Assembly (NCBI GenBank): GCA_964527535.1
Contig: CAZGPW010000241.1
Coordinates: forward strand, 1 to 55,555
Direction: 5' to 3'
Length of the DNA: 55,555 bases
Source: an uncultured Bacteroidales bacterium
Lineage (GTDB): Bacteria; Bacteroidota; Bacteroidia; Bacteroidales; ML635J-15
Position numbers and translations under genes: made by a program. The notes below the pieces were generated by a model that saw only the letters and a list, made by a program, of their open reading frames with translations, was not told the DNA's origin and did not search any database. This document shows, one piece after another, positions 9,842-18,359 of the stretch. The stretch's first letter is position 1. The number at the start of each line of letters is the position of its first letter.

Positions 9842-10405
9842 TTAGTTTATCCTTTCATTGTATTCACGTGTACGGGTATCCACTTTTATCACATCACCTA
9901 TGTTAATAAAAAGGGGAACATTGATTTCAGCACCGGTTTCAACTGTAGCCGGTTTAAGGGAATTGGTAGCTGTGTCGCCTTTAACACCGGGTTCAGTGTA
10001 TGTCACTTCAAGCTCAACAAAAGGGGGCAGGATAGCCGCTATGGGCATTTCTTTTTCTGCATTGAACATGATCTGTACTTCCTGGCTGCCTTTCATGAGA
10101 TCAGCATTTTCGACCAGGTCTTCAGTCAGGGTAATCTGTTCATAAGTTTCATTATGCATAAATGTGTAACCTATTTCGTCTTTGTAAAGAAATTGGTATG
10201 GCCTGTATTCGATGCGCACGTCTTTAACTTTTACACCTGAATTAAACGTGTTTTCGATGACACGCCCTGTCTCGATGTTTTTAAGTTTTGTACGGACAAA
10301 AGCAGAGCCTTTACCGGGCTTCACATGTTGAAAATCCACTACCTGATATATACCATCTTTAAATTCAATGTAGGTGCCGTTCTTAAAATCGTTTGTTGAT
10401 ATCAT
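9842..10405 (-). CDS. efp: Elongation factor P
   Basis: MISTNDFKNG... is a canonical EF-P N-terminus, with KPGKGSAFVRTKLKN. The track ORF begins at an upstream TTG (10426), but ATG 10405 gives the normal ~187 aa. Confidence 0.95.
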   Translation of the reverse strand: MISTNDFKNGTYIEFKDGIYQVVDFQHVKPGKGSAFVRTKLKNIETGRVIENTFNSGVKVKDVRIEYRPYQFLYKDEIGYTFMHNETYEQITLTEDLVENADLMKGSQEVQIMFNAEKEMPIAAILPPFVELEVTYTEPGVKGDTATNSLKPATVETGAEINVPLFINIGDVIKVDTRTREYNERIN

Positions 10406-10428
10406 GTTGATTTGTTTTATGTTCAATG

Positions 10429-10436
10429 CAAAGGTA
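10429..10436 (-). promoter_or_regulatory. Candidate -7 box (TACCTTTG on the minus strand) for the efp-deoC unit
   Basis: Plus-strand CAAAGGTA is the reverse complement of TAnnTTTG. It lies 23 nt upstream of the efp ATG. Confidence 0.35.
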
Positions 10437-10487
10437 TAAAAACTAAGTAAATTTAATTAACCAATAACCAATTGTTTAAAAAAGTGG

Positions 10488-10880
10488 TTATAAGCACTTA
10501 TGAAATTGAAAATCAGGATCACTTACCTGATTAAGGTGTACCACAACATGGTTGTCGTTGGTAAAATACTGGTAATCTTCAGTGATGATGTAATAATGGC
10601 CGGGAGAGAGTCCGATGGTAAATTCGCCATTGGTGGCCTGAGTGCTGTCTGATATGGCCGTGTAATTTCCATAGCCGGATACAGAATCATAGGGAACGGC
10701 ATAGACGGTACCGTTGTATGGATGAAAAGTCCAGAATTCCCTGGGAAGATCGCAGTTTACTTCACCATATTCAATATAGCCCTTGATACCACTGTCAATG
10801 TTATCGTCGGTACAGGAAAGTGAAAAACACAAACCAAGGCATAAAGTAACCATGAAAAGCCATGTATTTTTCATAATCAT
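10488..10880 (-). CDS. Hypothetical small lipoprotein
   Basis: Signal peptide with lipobox (CFSLSC). The start overlaps the dtd stop by 4 nt (ATGA). I recognise no family. Confidence 0.6.
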   Translation of the reverse strand: MIMKNTWLFMVTLCLGLCFSLSCTDDNIDSGIKGYIEYGEVNCDLPREFWTFHPYNGTVYAVPYDSVSGYGNYTAISDSTQATNGEFTIGLSPGHYYIITEDYQYFTNDNHVVVHLNQVSDPDFQFHKCL

Positions 10881-11329
10881 TCTTTGTTTTTAGTGTCAAT
10901 AATGATGGTAACCGGACCGCTTGCACAGGAATCAATGTACATGTATTCACCAAATACGCCGGTTTCAACTTTTTTATCAGATAAAGACTCAAGATTATCA
11001 ATAAATTGCTGATAAAGATCTGTTGCTAATGGTGGTTTGGCTGCTTTGATAAAAGAAGGCCTGTTGCCTTTTTTAGTCATGGCATGAAGAGTAAACTGGC
11101 TGACAACCAAATAATTACCGTCAATATCGTCTATTGATAAATTCATTTTCCCCGCTTCATCTTCAAAAACCCTGAGCTTGTGGATTTTATTGCTGAGCCA
11201 CAAGGCATCTTCAGGGGTATCCGATTCAGAAACGCCCAGTAAAATATACAACCCGTTTCCGATTTTACCGGTCACTTTATTTCCTGATGTTACTTTTGCG
11301 TTGGTTACTTTTTGTATTACTGCTCTCAT
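10877..11329 (-). CDS. dtd: D-aminoacyl-tRNA deacylase
   Basis: MRAVIQKV... N-terminus, SQFTL and GxxM motifs, 150 aa. Classic Dtd. Confidence 0.93.
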   Translation of the reverse strand: MRAVIQKVTNAKVTSGNKVTGKIGNGLYILLGVSESDTPEDALWLSNKIHKLRVFEDEAGKMNLSIDDIDGNYLVVSQFTLHAMTKKGNRPSFIKAAKPPLATDLYQQFIDNLESLSDKKVETGVFGEYMYIDSCASGPVTIIIDTKNKE

Positions 11330-11503
11330 AAAATTATAGTTGATAGATTTAACATACAGCCTGATTTGAAAAACAAATTTTCATGTCATTGAATACAATG
11401 AGAAATAAGTTCAAAAACCAAAAGTCAAAGATCAAAATAAATTCTAAAACATAAATTATTTAATTTGTTCAATCGCAGGGTAAAGTCTCAATAATTTAAA
11501 AAT

Positions 11504-11517
11504 GTTCCACGTGGAAC
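11504..11517. repeat. Perfect 14-bp palindrome GTTCCACGTGGAAC (copy 1), abutting or overlapping the ade stop codon
   Basis: Read directly. Identical to the copy at 13174..13187. On the minus strand it is followed by ATTTTTAAATTATT. Confidence 0.9.
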
Positions 11518-13148
11518 TAATCCGCTTCAATTTGTGTCAACGAAAATGTACTCACATCAAACAACCCCTTGTCGCCTATTTTTAGTTTCGGAATAACGAG
11601 TAGGGCCATAAATGCCATGGTCATAAACGGAGCGTTGAGGCTGCAACCAATATCGGAAGATTTGCTGTTCAACGCTTTGTATGATTCGGCTACGATATCC
11701 CCGTTTTCTGAAGACATCAGGCCGCCAACAGGCAATGGTAAATGATAGATTTCATTTCCATCTGTCAAGGCAAGGCCACCTTTTGTATCAATAAGTTTGT
11801 TGACGACCTTAGCAATGTTTTCATCATCAACCCCAATCGCAACAATATTATGGGAATCGTGCGCTACCGTAGAAGCTATAGCCCCACGGTTGATGCCAAA
11901 ACCCTGAATAAAACCAATGGAAGGTGTAGGATTTTTTTCATAACGATTCACAACGGTGATTTTATTTATACCGCTGAGTGGATCAGGCTGTAATTTACCG
12001 TTCATTTTCGGAAGGCTATGTTCAAACATACCGGTAAGAAGCGAACCATCAAATGCCTGGATAATTTTAAAACGTGACCCATCGGAGGTGATTTCAAATT
12101 CCTTTGGCAATAAATGAGATGATAAAACAAAGTTGTTTATGGGTTTGGTTTCAGATACCTGAAACATTATCCTTCCGTTATCGAAAACAAGCTCACCATC
12201 AATGTATGCCGATAGAACATTGAAATCTTCAATGGTATCCACCAAAATGAAATCTGCCGGATCACCTTTTTGTAGCATGCCAACATTAAGCTTATAGTGT
12301 TTTGCTGCATTTAACGAGGCTGCACGCAGAACGTCAAATAAATTGTGGCCGGCTTTTAATGCCCGTGCAACAATTTTATTGATATGGCCCTGTTTCAGAT
12401 CATCGGGATGGCTGTCATCGGTACACAACATGCATTTTTCCGGGTGAGATGATAACAATGAATGTAGCGCATCAAAATTTTTAGCAGCGGATCCTTCGCG
12501 TATTTGAATGCTCATCCCTTTATCGATCTTTTCAAGCGCTTCATTCAGGCTTGCGCATTCATGATCTGTGGTGATGCCTGCATTGATATACGTTTCAGCG
12601 TCTTTTCCTGTTATTTCCGGCGCATGGCCGTCAACAGGTTTGTTTTGGTCAAGAGACGCTTTGATTTTTGCATGTACTTCGGGATCATTGTGAATGACAC
12701 CCGGGAAATTCATCATTTCACCCAATGCAACAATTTTGTCTTTTTTGAGTAATGTTTCTATGGCCTTTGAATCCAATACATGCCCTGATGTTTCAAAACC
12801 AGTTGCCGGCACACAACTAGGCGCTGTAAAATGCAGTTTCAAAGGGCTTTTTTCGGCGTCTTTTATCATGTAATCCACGCCTTCAATGCCACACACATTG
12901 GCAATTTCATGGGGGTCAGAAACGGTGGCTACTGTACCATGCTGAACAGCTAAACGCGAAAATTCCGATGGATTCAGCATTGAACTTTCAATGTGAACAT
13001 GCGCATCTATAAAACCCGGCATGATATAATGCTCCTGGTTCTCTTTTATTTTCTCGATTTTTGCTATTTTACCGTTTTCAACCTGTACCGCAGCGTTGTA
13101 GATGCGTCTTTGTACGATGTCAATGAGTTTTCCTTTTATTGTTTTCAT
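11517..13148 (-). CDS. ade: Adenine deaminase
   Basis: Amidohydrolase metal motif PGFIDAHVHIESS. About 540 aa two-domain adenine deaminase architecture. Confidence 0.9.
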   Translation of the reverse strand: MKTIKGKLIDIVQRRIYNAAVQVENGKIAKIEKIKENQEHYIMPGFIDAHVHIESSMLNPSEFSRLAVQHGTVATVSDPHEIANVCGIEGVDYMIKDAEKSPLKLHFTAPSCVPATGFETSGHVLDSKAIETLLKKDKIVALGEMMNFPGVIHNDPEVHAKIKASLDQNKPVDGHAPEITGKDAETYINAGITTDHECASLNEALEKIDKGMSIQIREGSAAKNFDALHSLLSSHPEKCMLCTDDSHPDDLKQGHINKIVARALKAGHNLFDVLRAASLNAAKHYKLNVGMLQKGDPADFILVDTIEDFNVLSAYIDGELVFDNGRIMFQVSETKPINNFVLSSHLLPKEFEITSDGSRFKIIQAFDGSLLTGMFEHSLPKMNGKLQPDPLSGINKITVVNRYEKNPTPSIGFIQGFGINRGAIASTVAHDSHNIVAIGVDDENIAKVVNKLIDTKGGLALTDGNEIYHLPLPVGGLMSSENGDIVAESYKALNSKSSDIGCSLNAPFMTMAFMALLVIPKLKIGDKGLFDVSTFSLTQIEAD

Positions 13149-13173
13149 ATAAATGTTGTTTTATGTTAATGTT

Positions 13174-13187
13174 GTTCCACGTGGAAC
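13174..13187. repeat. Perfect 14-bp palindrome GTTCCACGTGGAAC (copy 2), between the mnmG stop and the ade start
   Basis: Read directly. It lies 8 nt after the mnmG stop codon and 25 nt before the ade ATG. Confidence 0.9.
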
Positions 13188-13195
13188 AATTAAAT

Positions 13196-15076
13196 TTAAC
13201 GTCCAAGATGAACAAGTAAAACACTTATATCCGAAGGTGTTACACCACTTATTCTTGATGCTTGTCCAATTGTTTTTGGTTGAATATTTTGCAATTTTTG
13301 CCTTCCTTCAGTTGATAATGATTGTATATTTTCATAATTCAGGCCTGTAATTGAAATGTTTTCAAGGCGGTGCATTTTATCAGCAAGCATGCGTTCACGT
13401 TCTATGTAACCCTGGTATTTTAATTGTATTTCAGCGGCCTGACGAATTTCTGCAGGAACATCATATGAAGCAATTTTATCTTTCAACTGTGGTATGACAG
13501 CTTCCATATCTGTAAAATGTACCTGCGGGCGCGCAATCACATTTTTCAATTTCACTTTTTGCTTTAATGGAGATGTTCCAAGTTGTTGTAGTTTAGCGTT
13601 TATATAATCGGGTTTACAACTGAAATTATGTGTAAAATCTACCAGATCATCCCGTTGTTTTATTTTACGCTCAAGTTTTTTCATGCGCTGCTCGGAAGCC
13701 AATCCCAATTTATTTGAAATTTCTGTAAGACGTACATCCGCATTATCCTGACGTAACAATATCCTGTATTCTGCCCTGGAAGTAAACATCCTGTATGGCT
13801 CATCAACACCTTTGGTGATCAAATCATCAATCAGAACGCCAATATAAGCCTCATCACGGTTGAGAATGAAATCATCCCTGCCGTTGAGTTTCAAATGCGC
13901 GTTGATGCCGGCAATGATGCCTTGTGCCCCGGCTTCTTCATATCCGGTTGTGCCATTGATCTGACCGGCAAAATAAAGATTTTCAATGGCTTTTGTTTCC
14001 ATGGTGGCAAAAAGCTGTGTCGGATGAAAAAAATCATATTCTATCGCATAACCCGGACGATAAATTTTGACATTTTCAAATCCTTTAATCTGCTTTAATG
14101 CCTTTAGCTGTACATCCCAGGGAAGAGAGGAGGAAAAACCGTTTAAATAATACTCATTCGTATTCACACCTTCGGGTTCAAGAAATAAAAGGTGTTTATC
14201 TTTATCCGGAAACGTCTGGAGTTTCGTTTCAATGCTGGGACAATAACGTGGGCCTATGCTGGTGATGGTGCCGTCGTAAAGCGGACTGGCATTCAGCCCT
14301 TCACCTAAGACCTCATGCACGGCTTTTCTTGTTTCGCAGGTGTAACAGGACCTTTGTGTTAAAAATGGTTTTTCCAATCCGGCATGCAGAAAGGAGAAAT
14401 ATTGAATGTCTTCATCCCCTTTTTGTTCCGTTAGTTTGGAGAAATCAACGGTTCTGCCGTCAATGCGCATGGGAGTTCCGGTTTTCATGCGATCGTATGT
14501 AATCCCCAGGGATGATAATTGTTGGGTCAGCCCTTTGGCCGGGGGTTCTGCAGCCCTGCCTCCTTCTTCTTTGTGTTGACCTACGTGCATCAGGCCATTG
14601 AGAAAGGTGCCTGTGGTTAAAATTACAGACCTGCTGTAAATGGGAATGTCCTGTGTTGTCCTGACGCCGGCAATTTTGCCGTTTTCAAAGATCAATGCAT
14701 TCACATTACCCTGCCAGAAATCCAATGTCGGAATGCGTTCGAGGTATTCACGCCACGTGATGCTGTAAACCATCCTGTCGCATTGTGCACGCGGTGACCA
14801 CATGGCCGGGCCTTTGCTGCGGTTCAGCATGCGGAATTGTATCATGGATTTGTCGGTAATTTCTCCGCTGTATCCACCAAGGGCATCCAGTTCTTTTACA
14901 ATCTGTCCCTTTGCTACGCCACCCATGGCAGGATTGCATGACATCTGCGCAATTTTGTTCATATCCATGGTGACAAGCAACACCGAAGACCCCAGGTTGG
15001 CAGCAGCAGCGGCAGCCTCACATCCGGCATGTCCGGCCCCGACAACAATCACATCATATATGGGCAACAAAGCCAT
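13196..15076 (-). CDS. mnmG: tRNA uridine-5-carboxymethylaminomethyl(34) synthesis enzyme MnmG (GidA)
   Basis: YDVIVVGAGHAGCEAA FAD motif and full-length GidA similarity. The internal ATG at 15076 (MALLPIYDV...) is preferred over the track start 15127 because a -7 box lies between them. Confidence 0.95.
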   Translation of the reverse strand: MALLPIYDVIVVGAGHAGCEAAAAAANLGSSVLLVTMDMNKIAQMSCNPAMGGVAKGQIVKELDALGGYSGEITDKSMIQFRMLNRSKGPAMWSPRAQCDRMVYSITWREYLERIPTLDFWQGNVNALIFENGKIAGVRTTQDIPIYSRSVILTTGTFLNGLMHVGQHKEEGGRAAEPPAKGLTQQLSSLGITYDRMKTGTPMRIDGRTVDFSKLTEQKGDEDIQYFSFLHAGLEKPFLTQRSCYTCETRKAVHEVLGEGLNASPLYDGTITSIGPRYCPSIETKLQTFPDKDKHLLFLEPEGVNTNEYYLNGFSSSLPWDVQLKALKQIKGFENVKIYRPGYAIEYDFFHPTQLFATMETKAIENLYFAGQINGTTGYEEAGAQGIIAGINAHLKLNGRDDFILNRDEAYIGVLIDDLITKGVDEPYRMFTSRAEYRILLRQDNADVRLTEISNKLGLASEQRMKKLERKIKQRDDLVDFTHNFSCKPDYINAKLQQLGTSPLKQKVKLKNVIARPQVHFTDMEAVIPQLKDKIASYDVPAEIRQAAEIQLKYQGYIERERMLADKMHRLENISITGLNYENIQSLSTEGRQKLQNIQPKTIGQASRISGVTPSDISVLLVHLGR

Positions 15077-15093
15077 GAAATCATTTTTTTTTA

Positions 15094-15101
15094 CAAAGTT
15101 A
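15094..15101 (-). promoter_or_regulatory. Candidate -7 box (TAACTTTG on the minus strand) for mnmG
   Basis: Plus-strand CAAAGTTA is the reverse complement of TAnnTTTG. It lies 17 nt upstream of ATG 15076. Confidence 0.45.
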
Positions 15102-15318
15102 ATCCAATCCTTTGATAATGAAAACATAAATTTACTGAATTAGCACTTGAGGATTTGTGGTATTACAACCAATATAACAAACAAAATGTTAGTAACAATT
15201 TGTTACCTATTATGAGCGATTTTTTGTAATGGGATAATTGACCGTAATAATGGTAGAAAAAAGAAAAATACAATTAAACACATATCGGTATAAAAGCAAA
15301 ATATACCCTCATTTTTAT

Positions 15319-15326
15319 TAATTTTG
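15319..15326 (+). promoter_or_regulatory. Candidate -7 box (TAATTTTG) for the CocE/NonD hydrolase gene
   Basis: Exact TAnnTTTG, 18 nt upstream of ATG 15345. The TTG of the box is what the ORF track used as a start at 15324. Confidence 0.45.
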
Positions 15327-15344
15327 CCGGTAAAATATATTGGT

Positions 15345-18179
15345 ATGAAAAGATTATTAATGTTATGGTCTGTTTTATTGATGTCAATTCCGGCTATATC
15401 ACAGGTTATTCCAAATGGAACAATAGATGGGCTTGATGAACTTTATGAAAAGCAGACTCGTGATATAAAGATGTTTGACAGTACTACCCTGAAGATGGAT
15501 ATGTATGTTCCGGTTATACAGGATTCATTAGTTTCAATTATCAACATTCCGGGCACAGGAGATGTAACAATTCAATTAATGTCTAAAAATACGCAGTATC
15601 TGATTTATGATTCAATTGATAATCAAGTTAATCCTAATCCATATCAGTTACCCCTGGTTTTTACAAGAACCCCATATAACAAAAACGGAGATGAATTAGG
15701 GCCTTTATTTGCATTTTTTGGTTATGCATATGGAACTCAGGATATGAGGGGGGCAAATGCTTCATCCGGAGTGTATTTTCCAATGTACAGTGATGGATGG
15801 AATAAAAACCCATATCATCCTTACATCAATTATAACATCGATATAACAAGTCCCTCTGATCCACGTAATGCGAATAAACATGAGGATGGATATCAAACAC
15901 TTCACCGTCTTCTCAACGATGTAGAGCGTGTATATGATTATGATGGCGATCAGCAAGCAGATACATTTCTTGTAACCAATGGCTCTGTTGGCATGATAGG
16001 GGCAAGTGCACTCGGAAACTCTCAGTATTCACTTGCTGCAGCTCATCCTGTCAATTCATCTCAATCCGGATTGCAATCAATTATGCCGATTGTTGCCTCT
16101 GCTGATCATTACTCATCTACATTGACAAATAACGGAGTTTACCGAGAAGCTTTAGTTGACAACTGGATAACCGGACAGGTTTATAGTCTGGTAGATGATA
16201 GTTTGAATACTACAGATACAAGTATCATGAATAATTTGCATAGTTCATCAGATTATAATCTTTCAAATAAAGCTGATGTTGCGAAAAATGCAATAGATTT
16301 TCTGCTTGTGGAAAATTCAAAGCCGGGTTATTATCCTGATAGTCCCCTCCGTTCAGCAATGGATGTGAGTTATGCCCCTGTTGATGCAGCAGGAAATCCG
16401 GATAGTACGGGTAATTTCAGCAGGTTCAGAAATATGGACGTCCCTGCTTATCACCTCACCGGATGGTGGGATATCTTTATTGACGGACAGATACATAGTT
16501 TTAACAGGATGAAAGAAGAGGCCTTATCACAACAAACCCATGATCTGCAAAAACTGATTATAGGCCCCTGGGCTCATCAGACTATAGGAAGTCGATCCAC
16601 AGGTGATGTGCAATATCCCGAAAATGTCACTGATGTTATTGGTTTAAACACAATTTATGACAATTTTTCTCTTAGTGACTCATCATCAATAAGTGAAATT
16701 ATGGATTCAGAACTTTTAAACTGGTTCAGATATACAATTAATAAAAAAGGCGTACCTGAAACAGGAAAACCTAAGTTTATTATTCCTGAAAGTGATCAAT
16801 GGCAGCCAATTGATAGTACGACATCAGTCAGGGTGCCTTCTGAGGATTATATTAAACCGTACTATATGTTTATTCAGTATCTTGCAGGGCAAACTACCCT
16901 GGACAACCTTCCGGTGGAAATTCAGACTCAAAACGATACCATACCTTATTCTTATACCTTGCCCGTTTTGGATCCTCCCCTGATGCCACTTCAAGATACT
17001 GTTGAGGATAAACCCATTACGGATTTCCAAAATATTCCCTCTGTAAGGTTATACATTGCAGGGCCTGTAAATGATGGTATCCCGGAAAATGATAATGCCG
17101 GAAATTACTGGATGGAATGTGATAGTTTTCCTTTCGAGCAGGGGATAAATCATACAAATTTTTATTTACACGGAGAAAGTACCATTGATCAGCAAATGCC
17201 AACAGAAGATGAAGGCAGCCATTCATATATCCATGATCCTGATGATCCCGTAATTACTGTTGGTGGTGCAAATATGACAATCAACACTCCAGAGGGCCCC
17301 CAAAGACGTGCTCAGGGTCAAATGAATTTAGCCGATTCTCTTTTTGTTAATTATACGATGGACAATCAAGGTGTGATACAATTTACAAGCGGACAAATTC
17401 AGGATTCACTGAGAATTCTCGGGTTTCCGGAGGCAACTATTTATGCGCGGTCTGAAGTTACAGGAATTGGAAAAACCGATACTGATTTCTTTGTTCGTAT
17501 TCTTGATGTATATCCCGACGGAAGAGAAATGTTTGTTGTTGAAGGATGTGTAAATGCACGTGCGAGAGAATATGCCAGGTCAATTTATAATGGTAATGAA
17601 GACGTTAATCTTCCTTATACCAATATTGAATCAGATTCAATTTATGAATATAAGTTTAAAATGTTGCCAATAGGTTATGTCTGGGGTAAAGACCATAAAA
17701 TAAAGATATTAATCAGTAGCGGGAATTATCCGAGATATCAATCCAACCCAAATTTACCTTTAATGGATTATGATTTCTTCCGTCGTAAACCTAATGACGG
17801 CCAAACTTATAATTACCAGGGAAATGATATGTCACCACGGGTTGCAATGCAAAAAGTTTATTTTTCACCGGAATATCCCAGCCATATTCAATTACCTGTT
17901 TTTGATAACTTGCCTGTAGGAATGGAAGATTCTCCTAAATCTGATGATAACGTAAAATGGAGTATTTACCCAAATCCGGCAGATGATTATCTGTACGTGG
18001 AATTACCTGAAGAAGAAGGAGTTTTATCTCTATATTCAGTGAATGGACAACTGCTGGATAAAAAGAATACACGTGGTTCAGAAACGTTAAATTTACAGTC
18101 CCATTCCGCCGGCATTTATCTGCTTAAATATAACTCCCCGAATCATGTTTTTAATGAAAAGCTGATCATTAGAAGATAA
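15345..18179 (+). CDS. CocE/NonD family hydrolase (S15 X-Pro dipeptidyl-peptidase-like) with a T9SS C-terminal sorting domain
   Basis: Signal peptide MKRLLMLWSVLLMSIPAISQ, alpha/beta-hydrolase nucleophile elbow GASALG (compare CocE GxSxxG), a C-terminal jelly-roll region, and an end WSIYPNPADDYLYVEL...GIYLLKY typical of T9SS CTDs. Confidence 0.8.
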   Translation: MKRLLMLWSVLLMSIPAISQVIPNGTIDGLDELYEKQTRDIKMFDSTTLKMDMYVPVIQDSLVSIINIPGTGDVTIQLMSKNTQYLIYDSIDNQVNPNPYQLPLVFTRTPYNKNGDELGPLFAFFGYAYGTQDMRGANASSGVYFPMYSDGWNKNPYHPYINYNIDITSPSDPRNANKHEDGYQTLHRLLNDVERVYDYDGDQQADTFLVTNGSVGMIGASALGNSQYSLAAAHPVNSSQSGLQSIMPIVASADHYSSTLTNNGVYREALVDNWITGQVYSLVDDSLNTTDTSIMNNLHSSSDYNLSNKADVAKNAIDFLLVENSKPGYYPDSPLRSAMDVSYAPVDAAGNPDSTGNFSRFRNMDVPAYHLTGWWDIFIDGQIHSFNRMKEEALSQQTHDLQKLIIGPWAHQTIGSRSTGDVQYPENVTDVIGLNTIYDNFSLSDSSSISEIMDSELLNWFRYTINKKGVPETGKPKFIIPESDQWQPIDSTTSVRVPSEDYIKPYYMFIQYLAGQTTLDNLPVEIQTQNDTIPYSYTLPVLDPPLMPLQDTVEDKPITDFQNIPSVRLYIAGPVNDGIPENDNAGNYWMECDSFPFEQGINHTNFYLHGESTIDQQMPTEDEGSHSYIHDPDDPVITVGGANMTINTPEGPQRRAQGQMNLADSLFVNYTMDNQGVIQFTSGQIQDSLRILGFPEATIYARSEVTGIGKTDTDFFVRILDVYPDGREMFVVEGCVNARAREYARSIYNGNEDVNLPYTNIESDSIYEYKFKMLPIGYVWGKDHKIKILISSGNYPRYQSNPNLPLMDYDFFRRKPNDGQTYNYQGNDMSPRVAMQKVYFSPEYPSHIQLPVFDNLPVGMEDSPKSDDNVKWSIYPNPADDYLYVELPEEEGVLSLYSVNGQLLDKKNTRGSETLNLQSHSAGIYLLKYNSPNHVFNEKLIIRR

Positions 18180-18265
18180 TAGATGCCGGGAGCGTATGAC
18201 GCCCCCTGAAAAGTTATTGTTTTTCAACCCTGGTTTCCGGTCTTTCGGCTTTGGTCATGACAACG

Positions 18266-18293
18266 CTTCCGACTTCCGTCTCCGGACTTCCAA
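18266..18293. repeat. Four degenerate tandem heptads (CTTCCGA CTTCCGT CTCCGGA CTTCCAA)
   Basis: Read directly, within an unusually GC-rich ~155-bp spacer upstream of aspS. Confidence 0.6.
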
Positions 18294-18333
18294 CTGTTTG
18301 ATCATATAAATTTCAACATCCCCTCAATTTTAC

Positions 18334-18341
18334 TATTTTTG
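18334..18341 (+). promoter_or_regulatory. Candidate -7 box (TATTTTTG) for aspS
   Basis: Exact TAnnTTTG, 18 nt upstream of ATG 18360. The geometry is the same as at 15319. Confidence 0.45.
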
Positions 18342-18359
18342 CCGCTAAAATCTATCGGT

